NCBI GenBank assembly: GCA_944358355.1 | Contig: CALVQY010000001.1 | Location: 1 to 61,468, forward strand | Direction of reading: 5' to 3' | DNA length: 61,468 nucleotides | DNA from: an uncultured Bacilli bacterium | Lineage (GTDB): Bacteria; Bacillota_I; Bacilli_A; RF39; UBA660 | Shown: positions 37,196 through 47,349 of the stretch, in pieces | Position numbering within the stretch: position 1 is the first letter of the stretch | How the letters are laid out: each line of letters opens with the position of its first letter | Program-made: the position numbers and the translations under genes | Notes under the pieces: generated by a model | Database searches by the model: none | The model's input: the letters and a program-made list of their open reading frames with translations, nothing else | Told to the model about the DNA's origin: nothing

Positions 37196-37933
37196 TTAAA
37201 ACTGAGTATTATAACGGACTCCTTTATCTTTTGTTTTTTTAGACATCTCATATAATGTAAGACACCTAAAGAAATCTGTACTCTTCTTATAATCATGTTC
37301 TTTAAGAAATTTTCTAAACTCTTTATTCTTATAACTAAGATTACAATGAATACCAGTACCAAAAGATATACCATCTACTGTAATAACTCTATTATACATA
37401 TAAATAGGATTATTATCATCTATTTTAGAAAATGCACTCATAGAAATATCTATAACTTTAAACTTTTTATGAGTAAATACATCTTCATAAGTAACATAAG
37501 CATTATCAAAATCTATATCAGTTACTTTAAATAATCCTACATAAGACTCATTCATTGCCTTTAATAATTTAACTTTATCAGCATTTCTAAATTTATTCTT
37601 TTCTAAATATATCTCTGTAACTGAAGGTACTTCTTTTAAATTTTTATATACAAAAAGTTCAATTATTATAGAAACATCATCAGGATTATCAGAAGAAAGA
37701 TCAAAACCCTTTAGATTTTCAAAACTACTAACTTCTCTATCCTTATTTAATTCACTTATATATTTACCAAAATCATATTTACCATCAAAAATATATGAAG
37801 CCATACTCTCTAAAATATCAGCATGAACCTTTCTATAATGATTATATTTCTTAATATGAGGTTTATTATCTAACATAAGTCTTCTCATATTAAACATCAT
37901 ATTTTCTAAATCTCCACCAAATAACTCATTCAT
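37196..37933 (-). CDS. hypothetical protein (last gene of a four-gene cassette)
   Basis: 245-aa ORF separated by 2 nt from the upstream gene. No known motif recognised. Confidence 0.5.
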   Translation of the reverse strand: MNELFGGDLENMMFNMRRLMLDNKPHIKKYNHYRKVHADILESMASYIFDGKYDFGKYISELNKDREVSSFENLKGFDLSSDNPDDVSIIIELFVYKNLKEVPSVTEIYLEKNKFRNADKVKLLKAMNESYVGLFKVTDIDFDNAYVTYEDVFTHKKFKVIDISMSAFSKIDDNNPIYMYNRVITVDGISFGTGIHCNLSYKNKEFRKFLKEHDYKKSTDFFRCLTLYEMSKKTKDKGVRYNTQF

Positions 37934-37935
37934 AA

Positions 37936-38436
37936 CTATCCCTCTTTCCTAACATTTTCAATTTCTATTGGCTTATAATTAATAACCTCTACTGATACAC
38001 ATCTATGCCTACTAGAATCAAAAGAACTATCAAGTTTAACATTATGAATATGTCCATGTATATTAATATAACCATTAGGTATCCCTCTATCTTCTAAAGG
38101 TCTATGAGATAATATAATTTTATATTCATCTAACCTAGTCTTAGTAGGAACAACTTCTAAACCAATATTATTATAAAAATTTATTGATTTACCATCATGA
38201 TTACCTCTTACTAAATATATCTTTCCATTAAGTTTACTAAGAAAATCGCTTATGTTATCACCTAACAAAAAATCTCCTAAATGATAAACAATATCATCTT
38301 TATCTACAATACTATTCCAATTATTAATAATAGCATTATTCATCTCTTCTATATCTTTAAATGGCCTATTACAATATTTTATAATATTACTATGATTAAA
38401 GTGTGTATCTGCAATTAAATATATCTTATTCATCAC
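37936..38436 (-). CDS. calcineurin-like metallophosphoesterase
   Basis: 166 aa. Motifs ADTHFNH, LGDF, RGNHD, SHRP and HGHIH appear in canonical order. Confidence 0.88.
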   Translation of the reverse strand: MMNKIYLIADTHFNHSNIIKYCNRPFKDIEEMNNAIINNWNSIVDKDDIVYHLGDFLLGDNISDFLSKLNGKIYLVRGNHDGKSINFYNNIGLEVVPTKTRLDEYKIILSHRPLEDRGIPNGYINIHGHIHNVKLDSSFDSSRHRCVSVEVINYKPIEIENVRKEG

Positions 38437-39466
38437 TTACCTCATTAAAAATACTAAATAATCTATTATCAATAGTACTATTAACATCATCTAAATCAAA
38501 TTCATCTATATTATAATCATTATCATCATCATTAAAAATTCTATCTAAATAATATTCTCCTCCACAATCTTCTACTATACCATACCCTTTACCAGATAAA
38601 ACATAACATCTTTTAGAGCCATAATCTTCAATAACTTTACTAACTCTTACATTAAATACCCAGTTATCACCATAATCATAAATAACTTTAAATCTTTGTC
38701 CTTCTTTTAATTCTAAATAATTTATATATTTACTCATCTCTTCATCTTTTAAATATTCCTTCCCTCTTTTTAATCCATAACAATGTTCTAAATCTCCACT
38801 CATTGATAATATAATTGCCTCACATAAAGTAGAAATACTAATATCACTATCAATAGATATTTTTCTTTTTATTTCTTTTTCAAATCCTAATAATGATACA
38901 TTTAATAGATAATGTTTAGGCTTAACTAATTCTTTTTTATAAGTTAAATAATTATCAATATTATAGTTTACCTTATCAATATCAAAATCTAATATATTAT
39001 ATTTTATATCTGAATAAGCATTAGAATTACTCTTTCTTGCAGATACTAAATCTTCAAGATAAAATGAATGATACCCTTCTAATAAACCATATCCCTTACC
39101 ATTTATAACTTCAAAATCTTTATTAAAAATATCATCAGTAGTACTTTCTACTTTAATATAAATATCATAATCACATCTAAAATCATAGTTTAATAAAAGT
39201 TCATCGCCTTCTTCTAAGTATAAATCTTTAACAGTTAAATCTTCATCCATCATTTCTTCAAAATCGGGATCAAAAACACAACATCCAGGTCCTAAATATG
39301 CAAATTCATCATTAACAATCAATTGATATAGATGTTTACATTCCCCATTCATAGATAAAATCATATATTCACAAAAAGTTTGTAAATTCAAATTATCATT
39401 TACATTAATCTCCCTTGTAATATCTTTTTTAAACCCATCTAAATATACACTAAAACTTATTCCCAT
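38426..39466 (-). CDS. protein with two tandem MM3350 / plasmid pRiA4b ORF-3-like domains
   Basis: 346 aa. The second repeat ends in the family hallmark YDYGDNWVFNVRV and the first in YDFRCDYDIYIKV. Both start with the L.V.L.G....I.R.I.V pattern. Confidence 0.65.
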   Translation of the reverse strand: MGISFSVYLDGFKKDITREINVNDNLNLQTFCEYMILSMNGECKHLYQLIVNDEFAYLGPGCCVFDPDFEEMMDEDLTVKDLYLEEGDELLLNYDFRCDYDIYIKVESTTDDIFNKDFEVINGKGYGLLEGYHSFYLEDLVSARKSNSNAYSDIKYNILDFDIDKVNYNIDNYLTYKKELVKPKHYLLNVSLLGFEKEIKRKISIDSDISISTLCEAIILSMSGDLEHCYGLKRGKEYLKDEEMSKYINYLELKEGQRFKVIYDYGDNWVFNVRVSKVIEDYGSKRCYVLSGKGYGIVEDCGGEYYLDRIFNDDDNDYNIDEFDLDDVNSTIDNRLFSIFNEVSDE

Positions 39467-39467
39467 C

Positions 39468-41072
39468 TCAATACTCCCTATAATCTACTAACATTTCTTC
39501 TAAATACTCTTTTAAATCTTTATCTGTTTCCTTATCGATAAATTCTTCTAATTTTTCACATGCTAAGTCATAATCTTTTTCTTCATATAACTCTATAAGC
39601 ATCTGATAAACATCAAACTTAACACTATAATCACAAGTTTTAAATTTTTCCTTAAAATACTCTATTCCTTCATTTATCTTTCTTTTAGCATTAAATAAGA
39701 AATCTTTAACATTTAAGAAAAGTGTTTCGTTAAAATCATTCAAATCAAAACTATCATAAAAGAAATCAACCAAATCTTCTAATAATACTAAATATTCTTT
39801 CTCTTTTGGTGTATGTTTATTAATCATTTCCATAAGTAATTTACTATATCTTTCAAAGAATTGATATAAACTGTAATGAATAGATACTTTTTCATCATAA
39901 TCATTTATAGTTTTAAACGAATTATTTTTAACAACTACTTTTATCTTATCAAAAGCTTCTTTCAAATAGTCAATATTAATTCTATTTTCTTTTAAATAAT
40001 CTCTATTAATAAACATAGGTATTGCTTTATGTTTTAACACATTATATAAAAGTTTATCTATCTCTATATATTCCTCTTTATAAAAATCATATAAATCATA
40101 CTCATCACTGCTAGTTTTCTTTTTAGGATACTCATCTAAACTCTTAGTAATATAAGACTGATAAGGTAAAAAATTACTTTCCTTATTAATACAGCATTTT
40201 TTATATTTTTTACCACTACCACATGGACAAGGATCATTTCTGCCTACTTTAAAAGGCTCTTTCATAATATTAGCTTCACTCTCTTCTTCTATAAAAGATT
40301 CAAGCATTTTTGAAACTTTATCTTCATCAAAAACATCTTCTCTATTATCAAAACATGCCCACCAACTCATCGACTTAATTGTATCATCAATAGGTTCAAT
40401 TCTAACTAATTTATGTTCATAATTAAATATATAATCTACAAAGCTATCATAATTACCTATCATCATAGTATTAATAACTCCATAATAATACATTTTCTTA
40501 ACTTCATTCATTAAAGAAAACAAATGAAGGCTTGCAATAACTTCCATAATATCAGTATAAATATCATCCATATCATCTTCATCATCTATATAATCATAAA
40601 TATCAAGAAGTTTTAATAAATATTTTTCTACTACATCTTTTGTTGTTAATCCATTATCACAAAAATAGACATATGTCTTTAAAAAATAACCTCTTATATT
40701 TTCATCTATATTTCTATTTTCAATAACTTTATTTATAGAATCAAAATCTCCATCAAATACACTAACTATAATAGAAGATAAACTATCATAAGCCCAGTCA
40801 CCTAACAAATTATAAAAATCATATTCTTCTTTACTAAATATATCTATTATTACTTTAAATAATCTCTTATCTTTAAATTCTGCTAGCAAAAAGACAGCAT
40901 ATACAACACTAAAAGGACATTCAGTTTCTTTATTTTTATCCATATTAGAAGCAAAAACCTCTAAATGACTCAATAAAGTATCACTAACTTCATCTTTATT
41001 CTTTTTAGCATATTCTACCGCTTCCCTAGCAAATATACTATCATTTCTATTAAATTCTTTAATAATATCCAT
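39468..41072 (-). CDS. SEC-C motif protein (DUF1186-like N-terminal region)
   Basis: 534 aa. The internal metal-binding SEC-C motif [18 protein letters not shown] is followed by a long acidic helical C-terminal half. Confidence 0.7.
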   Translation of the reverse strand: MDIIKEFNRNDSIFAREAVEYAKKNKDEVSDTLLSHLEVFASNMDKNKETECPFSVVYAVFLLAEFKDKRLFKVIIDIFSKEEYDFYNLLGDWAYDSLSSIIVSVFDGDFDSINKVIENRNIDENIRGYFLKTYVYFCDNGLTTKDVVEKYLLKLLDIYDYIDDEDDMDDIYTDIMEVIASLHLFSLMNEVKKMYYYGVINTMMIGNYDSFVDYIFNYEHKLVRIEPIDDTIKSMSWWACFDNREDVFDEDKVSKMLESFIEEESEANIMKEPFKVGRNDPCPCGSGKKYKKCCINKESNFLPYQSYITKSLDEYPKKKTSSDEYDLYDFYKEEYIEIDKLLYNVLKHKAIPMFINRDYLKENRINIDYLKEAFDKIKVVVKNNSFKTINDYDEKVSIHYSLYQFFERYSKLLMEMINKHTPKEKEYLVLLEDLVDFFYDSFDLNDFNETLFLNVKDFLFNAKRKINEGIEYFKEKFKTCDYSVKFDVYQMLIELYEEKDYDLACEKLEEFIDKETDKDLKEYLEEMLVDYREY

Positions 41073-41087
41073 ACAAAAATCCTCCTT

Positions 41088-41122
41088 ACTAAAAATAAGA
41101 TAACATATTAACGTTATCTTAT
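41088..41122 (-). terminator. intrinsic terminator after the aminopeptidase gene
   Basis: ATAAGATAAC (41095-41104) pairs with GTTATCTTAT (41113-41122). The minus strand continues with UUUUU. Confidence 0.65.
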
Positions 41123-41142
41123 CAATTAAATAAATATAAGTT

Positions 41143-42522
41143 TTATGCTTTCATTAAAAATGCTAAATAACCTCTATAAGCTTCATAAATATCTACTTTA
41201 CTGGTAACTTCATAAGGAGCATGCATATTTAAAACACCAACTCCTGCATCTATAACTCTTACATCATAATTAGCAAGAATATAAGCAATAGTACCACCAC
41301 CACCGGCATCTACTTTACCTAACTCTGATATCTGATAACTAACATTATCACTATCTAAGATATTTCTAAGTTCTGCAATAAACTCAGCATCAGCATCATT
41401 ACTACCACTCTTACCACGAGCACCTGTATATTTACAGAAAACTAAACCACGAGCTAAATATGATGAATTACGTTTATCCATAACACTAGCATAAAGTGGA
41501 TCATATGCTGCATTAACATCACTACTTAACATCTTAGAATTAGAAAGAACTCTTCTAACACTAACAAAACTATCTTCACCTAATAAATGACAAATCTCTG
41601 CTATAGTATTTTCATAGAAACGAGATCCCATACCAGTAGAACCAACACTACCTATTTCTTCTTTATCAACTAAAATACAACATAAAGTCTTATCAGTAAC
41701 CTCTGCATCTAAAAAAGCCATAAGTGAAGAATAAGCACAACTTCTATCATCTTGACCATAAGATAAAATCATACTCTTATCAAGTCCCATATCACGAGCA
41801 CAACCTGCAGGAACAACTTCTATCTCACTAGATAAGAAATCATCTTCAGAAATATCATATTTCTCTTTTAATAAAGAAAGTACATTAGCTTTAACCCCTT
41901 CTTTATCCTCACCCTTTAAAGGCATATTACCAATCAAAACATCTAAAGCTTCACCTTCTATTAGTTTAGAAGCATCCTTCTTCATCTGTTCACTTGCTAA
42001 ATGAGGAAGTAAATCAGTTATACAAAATACAGGATCTTCATCACTTTCTCCAATATTAACATCTATCTTAGTTCCATCTTTCTTAACAATAACACCATGC
42101 ATTGCTAGAGGAATAGTAGTCCATTGATACTTCTTAATACCACCATAATAATGCGTATCAAAATAAGCAAAATCTGTATCTTCATATAAAGGATTAGCTT
42201 TTAAATCAAGTCTAGGAGAATCAATATGTGCTCCTAATATATTCATACCATTAGTAATAGAATCATTACCAATTATAAATAATATAACTGCTTTCCCTCT
42301 ATTATCAGCATATATCTTATCCCCTGGTTTTAATGGTCTCTCTTCCTTAATATAATCCACAATATTGTGGAAACCTTTCTCTTCTGCACGTCTAATAATC
42401 TCTTTATTACATTCTCTTTCTGTCTTTGAAACAGTTAAAAACTTCTTATAATCTTCACCCATCTCAAACACTTTAGAAACTTCTACTGCATCATACTTCT
42501 TCCAAATATTCTCTTTCAACAT
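41143..42522 (-). CDS. M18-family aminopeptidase
   Basis: 459 aa. [12 protein letters not shown], a His/Asp/Glu metal-ligand pattern and the C-terminal MHAPYE are typical of M18 (aspartyl aminopeptidase-like). Confidence 0.85.
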   Translation of the reverse strand: MLKENIWKKYDAVEVSKVFEMGEDYKKFLTVSKTERECNKEIIRRAEEKGFHNIVDYIKEERPLKPGDKIYADNRGKAVILFIIGNDSITNGMNILGAHIDSPRLDLKANPLYEDTDFAYFDTHYYGGIKKYQWTTIPLAMHGVIVKKDGTKIDVNIGESDEDPVFCITDLLPHLASEQMKKDASKLIEGEALDVLIGNMPLKGEDKEGVKANVLSLLKEKYDISEDDFLSSEIEVVPAGCARDMGLDKSMILSYGQDDRSCAYSSLMAFLDAEVTDKTLCCILVDKEEIGSVGSTGMGSRFYENTIAEICHLLGEDSFVSVRRVLSNSKMLSSDVNAAYDPLYASVMDKRNSSYLARGLVFCKYTGARGKSGSNDADAEFIAELRNILDSDNVSYQISELGKVDAGGGGTIAYILANYDVRVIDAGVGVLNMHAPYEVTSKVDIYEAYRGYLAFLMKA

Positions 42523-42569
42523 AAATCATCCTTTCATATTTTAGTATAACACAAAACAAACAATTATAT

Positions 42570-44111
42570 TTATAAATGATAATATTTCATATCTTCATTA
42601 TATTCTTTTTCTACCACCTTAGCAAAAGATGTACCCATACTAATAGGATAAGTAGAAAGTAACCCATCATAGACAATTACCCCATCATATGGAAATAAAG
42701 AAGTAGTAACAATACAAGGTATATCATGATAAGGAATAACTTCATCTATATTAGAATTTAATCCTTTAATCATATAAACACGATCACTAGAAAGAAGTGC
42801 CGTATAGTCTTCTTCATATTTAGCAATAGTAAACATTCCTCTAATACCTTGTTTAAATTTACTTACTTTCTCTAAATCTTCACTATCAAAATTATGAGGA
42901 TTATCTTTCAAATAAGCATCTATAATCTTTTCTTTATCTTCAAATAGATACTCTATAATTGGCATTAATTGATTAGGATCTAAAGATTCTTGCTTATATA
43001 TTTTCTTAAGACTAGTATCAATATGATATTTATTATTAACATACTCTAACAATGAAAAATATAAGTTGTAAAAGCCTTTGGCAATATCATCACCTAAACA
43101 AGCATTTCTTTGTTTAACATAACCTCTATATTTTTTCTCTTCATATTCTTCTTTCTCTTTAAGTTTTTCTCTATATTCTTTAGGAGTCATCCCATTTAAA
43201 GCCCCTGAAGGTATCTCATCCATCGCTTGATCCATTAATTTAAAGAAATCACTTAAATCAACACCTTTTAAAGAAGGAATATCAATAATAGCATTTTTTA
43301 AATACTCTCTATCATTATCTAACAATGCACAAATTCTAATATGATATAAAACACTCTCATATGATACTGGTAATTCTTTTAATTTTTTAATAAACTTAAC
43401 AATAGTTTTATTTGTAGTATCAATATCATTGTAAAAGTAAGCTTTATACATATCCATATCAAAATGAGGAGTTGTAGTATCATTATAATGCATTCTAGCT
43501 TCATCAATGTCATCTAAATAAGGAGAATAATCTTTATAATAAAATTCTATAAAATTCTTTTCTAAGCTTTCTATATATTTAAAAGTAAAACCTACATAAT
43601 AATTGAATAATTTATTATAAAAAACATGCTTATCAACTTCATTACCATTATACTCAAAAATCTGAGATGCTAAATTTATTAATGGTTCTGCTAAACAATT
43701 ACCATTAACTTTAATATAACCAATTAAAAATTCATTTAAAGCATCTTTTTCTTTAGCTTCTTTCATATTAACTTTAGATAAAGCTTCTAATATGTTTTCT
43801 TTAAATTCATCTGGTAAATATAATTTTTCAAAATCTGATACAATAAGCATCTTATCAAATAATGCAAAAAGTTCATAATTATATTTATCATCACGATAAT
43901 CAAAGTCTTCACCTTTCGCTACTTTCTTTAAGAATTTAATTTCTCTTACTGTACATAAATCTATTATATTATTATAATCACTATAAAACTCAGTAATAAC
44001 TTCAAACATTTTCTTTTTAGTAACTTTATCATAAGCTTTATAATCATCTATAATCCTACTATACAAATCATATACAAATTCCTTCTTATAACCTACATCC
44101 AATACTTTCAT
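42570..44111 (-). CDS. hypothetical protein
   Basis: 513-aa ORF, acidic and Tyr-rich, with no recognised motif. Confidence 0.5.
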   Translation of the reverse strand: MKVLDVGYKKEFVYDLYSRIIDDYKAYDKVTKKKMFEVITEFYSDYNNIIDLCTVREIKFLKKVAKGEDFDYRDDKYNYELFALFDKMLIVSDFEKLYLPDEFKENILEALSKVNMKEAKEKDALNEFLIGYIKVNGNCLAEPLINLASQIFEYNGNEVDKHVFYNKLFNYYVGFTFKYIESLEKNFIEFYYKDYSPYLDDIDEARMHYNDTTTPHFDMDMYKAYFYNDIDTTNKTIVKFIKKLKELPVSYESVLYHIRICALLDNDREYLKNAIIDIPSLKGVDLSDFFKLMDQAMDEIPSGALNGMTPKEYREKLKEKEEYEEKKYRGYVKQRNACLGDDIAKGFYNLYFSLLEYVNNKYHIDTSLKKIYKQESLDPNQLMPIIEYLFEDKEKIIDAYLKDNPHNFDSEDLEKVSKFKQGIRGMFTIAKYEEDYTALLSSDRVYMIKGLNSNIDEVIPYHDIPCIVTTSLFPYDGVIVYDGLLSTYPISMGTSFAKVVEKEYNEDMKYYHL

Positions 44112-44145
44112 AACATATCACCTCTTTTTTGCCCATATTATATCA

Positions 44146-45357
44146 CTATTTATACAAAATATCTATATCAACATAACCATTGATACCATCAATAACACCA
44201 TCTTGACATAACTGCCACATCATATAATCTTTATCATAATCAGTTTTATCTGTATAATGAGCAAGCCATACTTTATTAGTATTATATTTCCAAATAGCAT
44301 TTAAATAATTCTTACTACCATAGAGCATTGTATCATAGCCTGCATCATTTAAAGTAGAAAAATAAGACTCTGCTACTTCATTTAAACCATATAAACTAAG
44401 ATCCATACTATTAAATGATGAAAAACTCTCAAAATCAAAAGCTATAGGTAAAGTAATATCATAATCTTTAATCTGTTTAATAACCCACTCTGCTTGCTTC
44501 TTAGCTTCTTTCTTACTATCAGCATAGGAATAAAAGTAAATACCTACTTTTAACTCATTCTCTAAAGCTTTTCTAATATTTCTTTTAAAATAAGGATCAA
44601 GAACATACTCTCCACCTACACCATTTTGTGAACCTACACGAATAATAACAAATTCAGCTCCTGCTTCCTTTACTTTAGAAAAATCTATCGCTCCTTGCCA
44701 CTTAGAAACATCAATACCAACTAAAGTATCACCAGTTTTATGTTCCTCTAATATAGCATTAAAATCAGTATAAGTAACTTCACTACTACTTCCACCACTG
44801 GTTATACTCCTAGGTTCATAAACATTTAAATTAAAGTCAACACTCTCTTTATTACCACTACTATCTTCTGCTTCATAAACTAAAGAATAATTCCCCACTA
44901 TATTTAAATCATAATCACCTGTTATTTTACAACTAGGATTACTATCATAATTATCAGCACAGAGTATTTCATCTTCTAAATTTACATCATCACCAACTCT
45001 AACACTATAACTATTAGATAACCATATTAAAGGCTCTTCTAAATCTTTAACTTCAACTTCAAAAACACCTTTTCTTTTTCTATTATCACTATTTAAATAA
45101 ATAAACTCTACTTCTACTTTACCTAACTCAGTAGTTTTAATTTTATTATTATCTACTACTTTACCATCTATATCTTTAATAAAATCTTTTACTTTAACAT
45201 TACTATATACATTAACAGTCAAATCATCTTTTAAAGTAAAGCCACTATTATCAACAACTATTCTCACATTAAAATAAATTATTAAAGAAATAATTAAGAT
45301 AGCAACGATAACAATAGAAGATATTATAATTATTTTCTTTTTCACAGGAAGCATCAC
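44146..45357 (-). CDS. membrane-anchored GH25 lysozyme (muramidase) with an Ig-like spacer domain
   Basis: 403 aa. N-terminal TM helix. C-terminal GIDVSKWQGAIDFSKVKEAGAEFVIIRVG is the GH25 signature. Confidence 0.85.
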   Translation of the reverse strand: MMLPVKKKIIIISSIVIVAILIISLIIYFNVRIVVDNSGFTLKDDLTVNVYSNVKVKDFIKDIDGKVVDNNKIKTTELGKVEVEFIYLNSDNRKRKGVFEVEVKDLEEPLIWLSNSYSVRVGDDVNLEDEILCADNYDSNPSCKITGDYDLNIVGNYSLVYEAEDSSGNKESVDFNLNVYEPRSITSGGSSSEVTYTDFNAILEEHKTGDTLVGIDVSKWQGAIDFSKVKEAGAEFVIIRVGSQNGVGGEYVLDPYFKRNIRKALENELKVGIYFYSYADSKKEAKKQAEWVIKQIKDYDITLPIAFDFESFSSFNSMDLSLYGLNEVAESYFSTLNDAGYDTMLYGSKNYLNAIWKYNTNKVWLAHYTDKTDYDKDYMMWQLCQDGVIDGINGYVDIDILYK

Positions 45358-45363
45358 CTCATA

Positions 45364-45858
45364 CTATTTATCTTTAGAAAAAATCTTTTCTTTACTATTT
45401 ACCTTTTTAACTGTCTCTTCCAATAAATCATCTAAATTATTAAATGGTTTTTCATTATAATCAAGTTCATATAACCAGTCTAAATATTTAATCTTAACTG
45501 CATCATCTGGTCTCCCGTAAATAACTTTATTTGAATGTAACCAATACCCAAACTCTACATTAGTAGTAAATGCAGGCATATCAGGTAAACTTCTAGGTAT
45601 CCAAAACACTATAATAGAAGCCTTAGTTAATCCTTCTCTTTCCCACATCGCTTGATCTACATAATCTTCTTTAGGTTTCCAAGATGAATACTCTGGAACA
45701 TAAACAACTCCATCAAAGCCTAATTCTTCTAATTTTTTACAGGCATCAACTCTCCAAGATTTAGCACTTTCTCCTCTTGGTGTAGGACCTGCTAAAAATA
45801 TAGACTTATCACTATCTACAATTTTCTCATCAGAATAATTAATTCTCACAAACATCAC
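45364..45858 (-). CDS. nucleoside 2-deoxyribosyltransferase-like protein (Nuc_deoxyri_tr2-type fold)
   Basis: 164 aa. IFLAGPTPRG....WR...C..L...GF.GVVYVPE ... W.IPRSL.....FTTNVEFGYW matches the family pattern as I recall it. Confidence 0.55.
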   Translation of the reverse strand: MMFVRINYSDEKIVDSDKSIFLAGPTPRGESAKSWRVDACKKLEELGFDGVVYVPEYSSWKPKEDYVDQAMWEREGLTKASIIVFWIPRSLPDMPAFTTNVEFGYWLHSNKVIYGRPDDAVKIKYLDWLYELDYNEKPFNNLDDLLEETVKKVNSKEKIFSKDK

Positions 45859-45862
45859 CTCA

Positions 45863-46762
45863 TTAACTTTTTCTCACCTTTATTATATCATCTTTTTCTA
45901 ACTCTCCAATAAGTAAAGATGAATTTACATTATGTTTCATAGTATTAATAATAACTTCACTCTCACTATAATTAGCATAACAATACTTACAAAAATGCTT
46001 ACAAGAATTATAATACCCTATATCAACCATTTCTACACAATTACATAGTCCACCTTTTCTAACCTTACTCTTTTTAAACTTATCTTTACCAGTTAATCTT
46101 TTAGCAAGTTCTACTCCTAAACAATCTCCTTTAATAAAACCATACTCTACAAGATTTTCTTTTTCAAAACAAGTTTGTACTGTCATGTTATATTTAATTG
46201 CAATAGAACTAAAAGATGTTCCTATTGTTTTATAATCTTCAAAGTCAAAAGGTTTAACTCTAAGTACTCCCATGTTCTTCCTTACATTTTTATAATCATC
46301 TATAAAAGATACTATAATATGTTTAACATACCCATTAAGTAAACTACAAAGTCTATCAAATGCTTTAATATGATAATCTAAATTATACTTATCACTTAAA
46401 AATATAGGATCATATCTAACATAAATATTATCAGAACCAATAATCTTAGATATTTCTATAACACTTTCAATTATCTTATCTTTATCTAATACATTAGGTT
46501 CAATATCTCTTTTATAAGGAGTAATCGTAACATTAAATAGTATAGGCTTATTTATCTCTTTTAAGTAAGGAACAATAGGTATAGGATTCTTAGTACAAAA
46601 ATAAATTAAATCTACATCATTAAAATATATTCTACTAACCTGCTTCTTATAAAAAGGATTTCTAACATCAACATATCCTTCTTTTAATCTATTCATAAAC
46701 CAAGGAGTATAAAATGCTACTATATCACATCTACCACTTACAAAAAGAATCATAAATATCAC
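45863..46762 (-). CDS. DUF1848-family protein (Cys-rich C-terminus)
   Basis: 299 aa. N-terminal SGRCDIVAFYTPWFMNRL and the C-terminal CNC...C..C.YCYA cluster. The probable start is the ATG at 46753. Confidence 0.6.
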   Translation of the reverse strand: MIFMILFVSGRCDIVAFYTPWFMNRLKEGYVDVRNPFYKKQVSRIYFNDVDLIYFCTKNPIPIVPYLKEINKPILFNVTITPYKRDIEPNVLDKDKIIESVIEISKIIGSDNIYVRYDPIFLSDKYNLDYHIKAFDRLCSLLNGYVKHIIVSFIDDYKNVRKNMGVLRVKPFDFEDYKTIGTSFSSIAIKYNMTVQTCFEKENLVEYGFIKGDCLGVELAKRLTGKDKFKKSKVRKGGLCNCVEMVDIGYYNSCKHFCKYCYANYSESEVIINTMKHNVNSSLLIGELEKDDIIKVRKS

Positions 46763-46912
46763 TACCTTAACACATCTAATATTACGAAAATTCGTAACTA
46801 ATTTATTACTTTTTATCTTGCTATACAGAAATTAATTTGATACTATATCTATAAGGAACATTTCAATATGAGTGTCGTCTCCTTCCAACTTATGAAAGGA
46901 GGCTTGATAAAA

Positions 46913-47005
46913 GTGAAAATCAAAACTTTTATATTAAGACTTTTAAAGTCTCTTGCTTTTATTATTTTAAGCCTTGCCATATTGGTAATAGCCATTAAAA
47001 TATAA
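46913..47005 (+). CDS. candidate 30-aa hydrophobic peptide (type I toxin-like)
   Basis: Below the ORF-track cutoff. AAAGGAGG (46895-46902), a 10-nt spacer, then GTG. Reads MKIKTFILRLLKSLAFIILSLAILVIAIKI. An upstream CTCCTTCC (46880-46887) can pair with the RBS. Promoter TTGCTA (46819-46824), 17 nt, TACTAT (46842-46847). Confidence 0.4.
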   Translation: MKIKTFILRLLKSLAFIILSLAILVIAIKI

Positions 47006-47115
47006 AAACGACACTCAACAAATAATGTTTGAGTGTCAAAACCAATCTTTGGAGGCGACATTCACTCGACAAATTGAATTGTTCCTCTTTTTATATTGTA
47101 TGAAAATTTCTCTTA
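47001..47115 (-). ncRNA. candidate ~115-nt convergent/antisense small RNA ending in a strong terminator
   Basis: The minus strand reads TTGCAT (47151-47146), 17 nt, TATGAT (47128-47123). The terminator stem GACACTCAA/TTGAGTGTC (47010-47018 and 47029-47037) is followed by a U run that overlaps the stop codon of the small ORF. It contains GCCTCC, complementary to the small ORF's RBS. Confidence 0.35.
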
Positions 47116-47157
47116 CATATACATCATATCATAATTATTACATTTATGCAATCTATC

Positions 47158-47349
47158 TTACAATTTTTTACTTAACACTTTAGAACTAGGTATAAATTTA
47201 CCAGCTTCATAACTAGGAACAATACTATTATTTTTTATTTCTTGTAAATCTTTATGAATCTACTTAGCTGCTTGTCTATTTCTTTCTTCAATATTTTCAA
47301 AAGTATGTCCTTTTTTATAATTTATTACTGGTTTTTCTAAAGTTATCAT
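47158..47349 (-). pseudogene. small ORF interrupted by an in-frame TAG (29 aa + 33 aa)
   Basis: Its ATG overlaps the upstream stop (TAATG). Reads MITLEKPVINYKKGHTFENIEERNRQAAK*IHKDLQEIKNNSIVPSYEAGKFIPSSKVLSKKL. Confidence 0.3.
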
